From Dehalococcoidia bacterium (GTDB lineage: Bacteria > Chloroflexota > Dehalococcoidia > GIF9 > AB-539-J10): a stretch of 39,231 bases of DNA. A program made the position numbers and the translations under genes. The notes under the pieces are model-generated. The model ran no database searches. It saw only the letters and a program-made list of their open reading frames with translations, and was not told where the DNA came from. The DNA lies in the NCBI GenBank assembly GCA_030606165.1, contig JAUWGZ010000002.1, positions 1-39,231 on the forward strand. Reading direction: 5' to 3'. Numbering within the stretch: the first letter of the stretch is position 1; each line of letters starts with the position of its first letter. Positions 33,340 to 39,231 of the stretch are shown here, in pieces.

Positions 33340-34638
33340 ATGACAATTCAGGAAAAATACAAAACCAAACTCCGTACCCTTGAGGAATGCGTCAGGTTTA
33401 TTCAAAACGGCGACAGCATCATAACGTCCGGCGCTGCAGGCGAACCATGCGTGTTTCTACGGAGTATTCCGGAATGGGCACATGGCGTGGAGGGAGTCAC
33501 TATACACAAAAGCCGTGAGCAGATGTTCGATTACCTTCGGGATCCGACATTGAAGGGTCATATACATACCGTCGGTCACTTTTTTTCCGAGAACCTTCGT
33601 GAGGGTTATCAGATAGGCACGTGTAGTTATGTGCCCTCCGAGCTGCACAATTTCATGACCATTCGTGGCCAAGTCAGCCTTGACAAGATATTCTGGGCCA
33701 GGACTACTGCTATGGAAAAGGATGGTAATTTCTGCATCCCCTATTGCCAGATGTTCGAATACGAGGCCATGCAAAATGCTAGCCACATAATACTGGAGGT
33801 CAACTTAAACCCGAAGTATGCCCCGGTGCGCGGTGCCTGCCGCATCCCTATTGATCGCGTCGATATGCTTTACGAGGTCAACGAGCCTCTGTTTATTCTG
33901 CCCAAGTTTGTCAGCACGGAGAGAGACGAGAAGATAGGGTCCTATATTGCCTCTCTCATACACGATGGCGACTGTATTCAGCTTGGACTCGGTGGACTTC
34001 CCGACGCCGTGGCTCACCACTTGATGGACAAGAATGACCTCGGCATGCATAGTGAGATGTTCTCCCCATCGATGGCGATAATGATAGAGGCCGGCGTCAT
34101 CACCGGGAAGGTCAAGAACCTCAATAGAGGCGAACATATCGCTACCTTTATACTTGGCGATGAGAACCTATATCGCGTGGCTTCGGAGGATAAAAACTTC
34201 CGCCTCGTCCCTTGTAGCTATGGCAATGACCCCAAAGTTATCGCCCAGAACGACAACATGGTGTCCACAAATACTTTGCTTGAAATCGATCTCACCGGTC
34301 AGATCAACTCCGAATCTATCGGGGCTCTCCAGTGGAGCGGTACGGGCGGCGCTGACGACTATGCCATAGGCGCAATGCACTCCAAAGGTGGTCGTGGCAT
34401 ATTTGCCTTTGAATCCACCACCAGGAAGGGCATTTCTAAGATTAAGTCCACCTTTGCCCCGGGCTCGGTTGTATCTGTATCAAGGAACCACGTGGACATC
34501 CTCGTGACCGAATACGGATTCGTTAGTCTGCGAGGTAAGACGGTGCCCCAGCGAGTAGAAGCCATCATCTCCATTGCCCATCCCGACTTCCGGGCAGACT
34601 TGCGTGCCGAGGCTAAGAAGCTGAAATACATTGATTAG
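33340..34638 (+). CDS. Acetyl-CoA hydrolase/transferase family protein (4-hydroxybutyrate/butyryl-CoA:acetate CoA-transferase-like)
   Basis: About 432 aa from ATG 33340, with AAAGGAGA RBS. The family pattern includes ...GLGGLPDAV..., MHSEMF and SGTGGADDY. The ORF-track start at 33298 lacks an RBS. Confidence 0.82.
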   Translation: MTIQEKYKTKLRTLEECVRFIQNGDSIITSGAAGEPCVFLRSIPEWAHGVEGVTIHKSREQMFDYLRDPTLKGHIHTVGHFFSENLREGYQIGTCSYVPSELHNFMTIRGQVSLDKIFWARTTAMEKDGNFCIPYCQMFEYEAMQNASHIILEVNLNPKYAPVRGACRIPIDRVDMLYEVNEPLFILPKFVSTERDEKIGSYIASLIHDGDCIQLGLGGLPDAVAHHLMDKNDLGMHSEMFSPSMAIMIEAGVITGKVKNLNRGEHIATFILGDENLYRVASEDKNFRLVPCSYGNDPKVIAQNDNMVSTNTLLEIDLTGQINSESIGALQWSGTGGADDYAIGAMHSKGGRGIFAFESTTRKGISKIKSTFAPGSVVSVSRNHVDILVTEYGFVSLRGKTVPQRVEAIISIAHPDFRADLRAEAKKLKYID

Positions 34639-34685
34639 CAATAAAATCGTCGTAAAGACAACAGCCGGTCACGGTTTACGGAGCA

Positions 34686-35831
34686 CTAGTGATGCCTCAG
34701 GAGCTGTCTGGCAATAGTTAACCGCTGCATCTCGTCGGTACCATCAAAGAGTCCTACAACTCTGGCATCGCGGAAGTAGCGTTCTACGGGATAGTCTTTA
34801 ATATAACCATAGCCACCATGTATCTGAACAGCCTTGGTAGTCACGAACGCGGCTGCCTCAGCGGCAAAGAGCTTGGCCATGGACGACTCTTTTATGCAAG
34901 GTAACCCGTTATCCTGGCGATGAGCTGCCCGATAGATTAACAGCCGGGCAGCATCAATCTGTGTCGCCATATCAGCTAACATCCATTGAATTGCCTGAAA
35001 GTTAGCAATAGGCTGGCCAAACTGCTTGCGCTCCTGGGCATAAGCCAGTGCCTTATCAAACGCTCCTCGGGCAATACCTAGCCCAGTAGCGGCGGCATTG
35101 GGCCGGCAAGCATCTAGAGTAGAAAGTGCTATTCTCAAACCTTGTCCCTCATCGCCCAGCCGATTTTCCGCGGGCAAAAAACAATCTTCGAATATTAACT
35201 CGGTTGTCGGTGAACCTCTGACGCCCATCTTATGCTCAAGTCTGCCCACCGAGAAACCAGGGGTGCCTTTCTCAACGATAAAGCACGTGATGCCCCGATG
35301 CCGCAGTGACTTATCAACAGTGGCAAAGACCAAGGTAATATCAGCCATGCTGCCCTGGCTGATAAAGATCTTGGTGCCGTTAAGTATATAGCCGTTCTTA
35401 TGCCGGGTAGCAGTAGTTTCCATGGCAGCAATATCACTACCGGCGCCGGATTCAGTTATAGCGAAAGTGCCTAGTTTCTCACCCTTGGCTATCGGGACCA
35501 CAAAGCGTTGCCTTTGCTCCTCATTACCATACTTATACAGCGGAACCCCGGCAAGTCCTATGCTTCCATTAATAATGATGGCGGCGCTGGCACAGACACG
35601 AGCCAGCTCTTCATTGAGAATAGCCCTTTCGATTGCCCCGCCCCCAGTACCACCATATTGTTCAGGGAATCCGATACCAAACAAGCCAAGCGCAGCCGCC
35701 TTTTTGAGGTTCTCAGCAGGGTATCTAGCTTCCTCATCAATTTGGGCAGCAATTGGCTCAAGCTCTTTAACGGCGAAGTCTCGTACCAATGTTTGAAGCA
35801 TCTTTTGGTCTTCACTGAACTCAAAGTCCAT
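34686..35831 (-). CDS. Acyl-CoA dehydrogenase
   Basis: MDFEFSEDQKML is a typical ACAD N-terminus, and the C-terminus reads YEGTDEMQ-like GTDEMQRLTIARQL. There is a GAGG RBS before ATG 35831. A TTGACC-17-TATAAT promoter lies inside the longer ORF-track version, so the start at 35918 is rejected. Confidence 0.9.
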   Translation of the reverse strand: MDFEFSEDQKMLQTLVRDFAVKELEPIAAQIDEEARYPAENLKKAAALGLFGIGFPEQYGGTGGGAIERAILNEELARVCASAAIIINGSIGLAGVPLYKYGNEEQRQRFVVPIAKGEKLGTFAITESGAGSDIAAMETTATRHKNGYILNGTKIFISQGSMADITLVFATVDKSLRHRGITCFIVEKGTPGFSVGRLEHKMGVRGSPTTELIFEDCFLPAENRLGDEGQGLRIALSTLDACRPNAAATGLGIARGAFDKALAYAQERKQFGQPIANFQAIQWMLADMATQIDAARLLIYRAAHRQDNGLPCIKESSMAKLFAAEAAAFVTTKAVQIHGGYGYIKDYPVERYFRDARVVGLFDGTDEMQRLTIARQLLRHH

Positions 35832-35879
35832 ATTCGCCTCAAAATTCTCCGCTATGCAGCATTTTAATACGGGCGCCAT

Positions 35880-35908
35880 ATTATAGCGTCGCACCCATCG
35901 AGGGTCAA
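35880..35908 (-). promoter_or_regulatory. Promoter of the acyl-CoA dehydrogenase gene (-35 TTGACC, 17 nt, -10 TATAAT on minus strand)
   Basis: The plus-strand sequence is attata at 35880-35885 and ggtcaa at 35903-35908. Confidence 0.5.
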
Positions 35909-36443
35909 GCCTCCACATCCCATGGGTATTGATAGATCAGTGGCATAGGGAATATAATCAATTGCGTCCGCATAGTGCTCTAGGATACCGGCCTCCGGCA
36001 CCTGAGGCTATACTGACTATGACTTAACAATTGGTATCATTATTGGGGGCAGGACAAGAGACGTAGGGACAACTGGTGAAATCTCTGCCCTAACGGGGAG
36101 AAAAGTGGCCGAAAGAGCCGGCAAAGAAAGAGGAATAGAAAGGAGCGAGTATTATGACGGTGTCCATTTGGAAATCCACGGCCAGGTTTAAGAATAAAGC
36201 TAGCATAATTCGATTCGTTAGCTTTGTCAATTTTGTCGATAAAAACATAGCCCTGCCAGCGAGTCGTACGACACGCTATATGGCTGGTCAATTGACAACC
36301 TTCCTGACTTGTGGGCAGGTATGTAGTAGTTTGTCTCAATCAAGGTGTCTCGCCAGTATTACTAGGTGGTTGGCGACTTAAACGCGTCTCCCACTGCTGG
36401 GTTGTTCGTTATTAAATTCCTGTTAGAAGTTAAGGGGGTAAAG

Positions 36444-37460
36444 ATGCAAGTATTAAAGGAAGGCAAAGGAGAACTTCTGGGTTGGCATGACCCAGATGAG
36501 GCCAGGAAATGGGTGCTTGAAAACAAGTCTCGCGAGTTAAAGAATAAAACCATGTCAGTCAAGGAGGCAGTTTCTAGGTTCGTCCATGATGGAGATTTTA
36601 TCGCTAGTGGAGGGTTTGGGCATATAAGGGTATCTATGGCTATTATCTATGAGATAATCAGGCAAGGGAAGCGTAACTTAAGTATGGCTGGTAAAACAGC
36701 CGTCCATGACCTCGACGTCTTAGTGGGTTCAGGCTGCGTAAATAAGGCAGAGGTTGCCTATTCCTTTGGTCATGAACTCAGGGGACTATCCCCAGCTTCG
36801 AGGAGAATGGTTGAAAGTGGCCAATGTAAGGTAGTTGCGGAAACTAGCAATGCGGGGTACCAGTGGCGGTGGTTGGCCGCTATGATGGGCCTCCCTTTCA
36901 TACCTAGCCGCAACTTGCTGGGCACAGACACCGGTAGTCATAGCTCTTGCAAAGTGGTCACCGACCCCTTCACACGTAAACCAATCAATCTGATTCCAGC
37001 AGCCTATCCTGATGTAGCATTCATTCACGTACACCGTTGTGATGTTTATGGTAATGCTCAAATAGATAGTATCTTGGTGGAAGACTTCGAACTCTCGAGA
37101 TGTGCCCGGCGATTAATAATAACTACCGAGGAAATCGTAGAAAATGAATTTATTCGGAGAGAGCCTTGGAGAACAAGCATTCCCTTTCTTGTCGTAGATG
37201 CTGTTGTTGAAGTTCCATACGGCTCACATCCTTGTGAGATGCCTGGAATGTATTATTATGATGAGGACCATATATCTGAATGGCTCACACTGAGTAAAAC
37301 AACAGAAGGGACGGATGAATATCTACAGAAATATGTTTTTGGCGTCGATAACTTTGAGGACTATTTGGAACTTTGTGGTGGTGTCAAACGTTTGAACTAC
37401 TTGAAGAAGAGAGAGTTTCTTAGAGAGCCCATGACCGCTCCATGGCGGAAACTTAGATAA
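36444..37460 (+). CDS. CoA-transferase subunit A (glutaconate CoA-transferase GctA-like)
   Basis: About 338 aa from ATG 36444, with AAGGGGG RBS at 36432-36438. The pattern includes ...DGDFIASGGFG..., and the gene pairs with a beta subunit. Confidence 0.82.
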   Translation: MQVLKEGKGELLGWHDPDEARKWVLENKSRELKNKTMSVKEAVSRFVHDGDFIASGGFGHIRVSMAIIYEIIRQGKRNLSMAGKTAVHDLDVLVGSGCVNKAEVAYSFGHELRGLSPASRRMVESGQCKVVAETSNAGYQWRWLAAMMGLPFIPSRNLLGTDTGSHSSCKVVTDPFTRKPINLIPAAYPDVAFIHVHRCDVYGNAQIDSILVEDFELSRCARRLIITTEEIVENEFIRREPWRTSIPFLVVDAVVEVPYGSHPCEMPGMYYYDEDHISEWLTLSKTTEGTDEYLQKYVFGVDNFEDYLELCGGVKRLNYLKKREFLREPMTAPWRKLR

Positions 37461-37495
37461 GGCTAAAAATTATTGAAGAAAGGGACTTAAAAGAT

Positions 37496-38275
37496 ATGGT
37501 ACAGGAAAGCAAGTATAATGTAAGGGAAGCTCTGGCATTCAGGGGTGCCAGTGTATTGGAGGATAAAAAATCTGTCTTTGTCGGTACGGGACTTCCCATA
37601 ATAGCTTCCGTGTTGGCTCAAAGAACGCATGCTCCCGGTTTATTCATAGTATTTGAAGCTGGCGGTCTGGGGCCTCAAATACCTGAATTACCCATTTCAG
37701 TTGGCGAATCCAGAACTTATTTCAAAGCTATAGCCGCCTCTAGCATGCATGATGTCATGTCAATTTCGCAAGCAGGATATATAGATTTTGGATTTCTGGG
37801 TGCTGCCCAGATGGATATGTATGGAAATATTAATACTACAGTCATCGGTGACCATGATCTGCCCCAAGTGCGCTTACCCGGTAGTGGCGGGGCTAATGAT
37901 GTAGCCTCCTTTTCGCAGAGGCTCATAATCATTGTTGCTAGTCAAAGCAAGAGGACTTTTGTTAAACAGGTTGATTTCTTGACCACCCCAGGCTATTTAG
38001 ACGGCCCAGGAGGCAGGGAAAGGGCCGGGTTGCCTGAGAAGTCAGGACCCTACAGGGTTATTACTCAATTGGGTATCTATGGCTTTGATGAGAAAACAAA
38101 AAGACTTACATTAATCTCGTTAAATCCGGGCGTAACTATAGCGGATATAAAAGAGAATAGCAGCTTTGAAATTATCATACCTGACGAAGTGGGAATTAGT
38201 TCTGAGCCTACGGAGGAGCATTTGAGAATATTGCGTGAGGAAATAGACCCTGCGGGCATAGTGTTGGGGAAGTAG
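37496..38275 (+). CDS. CoA-transferase subunit B (GctB-like)
   Basis: 259 aa with VGTGLP, IVFEAGGLG and LPGSGGANDV patterns of family I CoA-transferase beta subunits. Confidence 0.82.
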   Translation: MVQESKYNVREALAFRGASVLEDKKSVFVGTGLPIIASVLAQRTHAPGLFIVFEAGGLGPQIPELPISVGESRTYFKAIAASSMHDVMSISQAGYIDFGFLGAAQMDMYGNINTTVIGDHDLPQVRLPGSGGANDVASFSQRLIIIVASQSKRTFVKQVDFLTTPGYLDGPGGRERAGLPEKSGPYRVITQLGIYGFDEKTKRLTLISLNPGVTIADIKENSSFEIIIPDEVGISSEPTEEHLRILREEIDPAGIVLGK

Positions 38276-38330
38276 TTAGTGCGCGCTGCGCCAAATCATG
38301 GTTCCTTGAACAAACTGGTGGTCCGGTAAG

Positions 38331-38360
38331 CCTGTAGTTGGACATTTCGTCAACTGCAGG
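38331..38360 (+). terminator. 10-bp stem hairpin (CCTGTAGTTG, 10-nt loop, CAACTGCAGG; one G-U pair) after the CoA-transferase operon
   Basis: Read directly. The downstream tract is only weakly T-rich. Confidence 0.3.
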
Positions 38361-38455
38361 TCTCGTTGGCTCGACTCTCTGACGGCAACTTAGCTAGCCC
38401 AATAACCCAAGGCCCTTTCTCGGCTTCAGCTTTCAAACTCAGTATTGGGTTTAGC

Positions 38456-38484
38456 TTGACCTTTAGTCACTGCATTGTTACAAT
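38456..38484 (+). promoter_or_regulatory. Promoter (-35 TTGACC, 17 nt, -10 TACAAT) for the CoxM-like gene
   Basis: TTGACC at 38456-38461 and TACAAT at 38479-38484. CACTGCA occurs on both sides of the -10 element. Confidence 0.45.
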
Positions 38485-38596
38485 CACTGCAAAGTCAAAA
38501 CGAACGTAAGCTCAAAAGTTCTGTCTACCGTTTGCCGAGGCCCGGCCTTTCTTGAAGTTCAATAGCGATTACCTCAAAGAGAGGAGCAGAGTCAAG

Positions 38597-39187
38597 ATGC
38601 CGAAGCTCCCGGTAGCTGAGAGGAGCTTAGATGTTGAGGATGCTCTTGGTCTGAGTTCGGGTGAGATTGAAGGAGAGGCAAATCGCTGCTTCAATTGCGG
38701 CTGTGTTTCGGTGCACCCCTCGGATATGGGCGTAGTGCTCTTAGCTTTGGGTGCACAGGTAAAGATTGCCGGACCAGGAGGCACCAGGACAATCCCAATT
38801 GAAAAGTTCTTCGGCTCCTTGAGGAATACCCTCGAAGCGGATGAGATGGTAACCGAAATCCAAGTTCCTCAGCCGCCAGATGGAGCCAAGCAAACATTCT
38901 TCAAATTCAGACTACGGGAGTCCGTTGATTTCCCCATCGTCAGCGTCGCATCGGTCATCACTATTGACGGCGGAGTTTGCCAAGACGCGAGGATAGCCCT
39001 AGGAGCAGTTGCCCCAGCACCAGTCCGGGCAACCATGGTGGAACAGGCAATCAAGGGAAAGGCCATCAATGCTGCGACGGCAGAATCGGCAGCGGAGGCA
39101 GCGATCACAGGTGCAATACCACTCGCCAAGAACGCATACAAAGTCGAGATAACAAAAACACTGGTAAAAAGAGCCATACTCGCCTAG
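38597..39187 (+). CDS. Truncated CoxM/XdhB-like medium (FAD) subunit of a molybdopterin (xanthine dehydrogenase family) enzyme with GltD-like N-terminal Cys motif
   Basis: PSDMGVVLLALGAQVKIAGPGGTRTIPIEKFF and the CO-dehydrogenase-flavoprotein C-terminal pattern (RESVDFPIVSVA...IALGAVAPAPVR...YKVEITKTLVKRAIL) are present. GAGAGGAG RBS lies before ATG 38597; the ORF track uses TTG 38552. Confidence 0.68.
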   Translation: MPKLPVAERSLDVEDALGLSSGEIEGEANRCFNCGCVSVHPSDMGVVLLALGAQVKIAGPGGTRTIPIEKFFGSLRNTLEADEMVTEIQVPQPPDGAKQTFFKFRLRESVDFPIVSVASVITIDGGVCQDARIALGAVAPAPVRATMVEQAIKGKAINAATAESAAEAAITGAIPLAKNAYKVEITKTLVKRAILA

Positions 39188-39231
39188 AACCGAGAGGTGC
39201 TTAGCTGGAACATTGTCCCCTACATATGATT

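Noticed and set aside
35832-35918. The N-terminal extension of the acyl-CoA dehydrogenase ORF (MWRLDPRWVRRYN...).
   Set aside because: A TTGACC-17-TATAAT promoter lies inside the extension. The ATG at 35831 has a GAGG RBS and gives the canonical ACAD N-terminus MDFEFSEDQ.
36366-36443. The upstream extension of CoA-transferase A, and similar extended starts in the ORF track at 6327, 18889, 19740, 33298 and 38552.
   Set aside because: Internal ATG codons with properly spaced SD sequences give N-termini typical of the families. The extensions start with TTG or GTG and have no RBS.
1-39231. A search by eye for CRISPR-like regularly spaced repeats, IS inverted repeats or transposases, integrases, rRNA, and long tandem repeats.
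   Set aside because: None was found. The only extended internal similarity is the paralogy of the two transhydroxylase-like operons, for example the identical GACAGCTGGGAAGGCTGG at about 26165 and 29654.

Overview
Bacterial chromosomal window, roughly mid-40s % GC by eye. I found no rRNA, CRISPR array, transposase or integrase.

(1) 1-11.7 kb is housekeeping: gatA (partial), plsY and gatC on the minus strand, a stand-alone EF-G paralogue, etfBA, a Mut7-C RNase, coaX-coaBC and valS.

(2) 11.7-15.2 kb is a small, visibly AT-richer accessory islet with no recognisable housekeeping function. It holds an orphan ~231-236 aa protein transcribed divergently from an NYN-domain RNase with a structured leader. 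Next comes a tight bicistron: a 262-aa protein of unknown family plus a PIN-domain nuclease, behind an 11-bp perfect palindrome. A decayed small ORF follows. This is a candidate RNase-based toxin-antitoxin or defence module.

(3) 15.2-18.4 kb holds a GreA-family factor with an unusual ~110-aa N-terminal extension, tRNA-Ser(GCU), a MocA-like cytidylyltransferase gene interrupted by an in-frame TAA, a polytopic membrane protein and a THEP1-like P-loop NTPase.

(4) 18.9-32.8 kb is one co-directional ~14-kb operon:
- BKACE, cyclase-family hydrolase, SDR, cupin and a 3-hydroxyacyl-CoA-dehydrogenase-family enzyme. These are the enzyme families of the recently described anaerobic phloroglucinol ring-cleavage pathway.
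- An ADP-forming acyl-CoA synthetase and an FmdE-like protein.
- Two paralogous alpha/beta pairs of pyrogallol-phloroglucinol-transhydroxylase-like molybdoenzymes.
- A small beta-grasp-like ORF.
This is the most striking system in the window.

(5) 33.05-33.10 kb is a 3' fragment of a tRNA-Lys(UUU)-like gene, a possible integration scar.

(6) 33.3-39.2 kb holds three CoA-transferase genes, an acyl-CoA dehydrogenase and a truncated CoxM-like flavoprotein subunit with a GltD-like Cys motif.

All functional calls rest on motif recognition by eye. No database search was possible.
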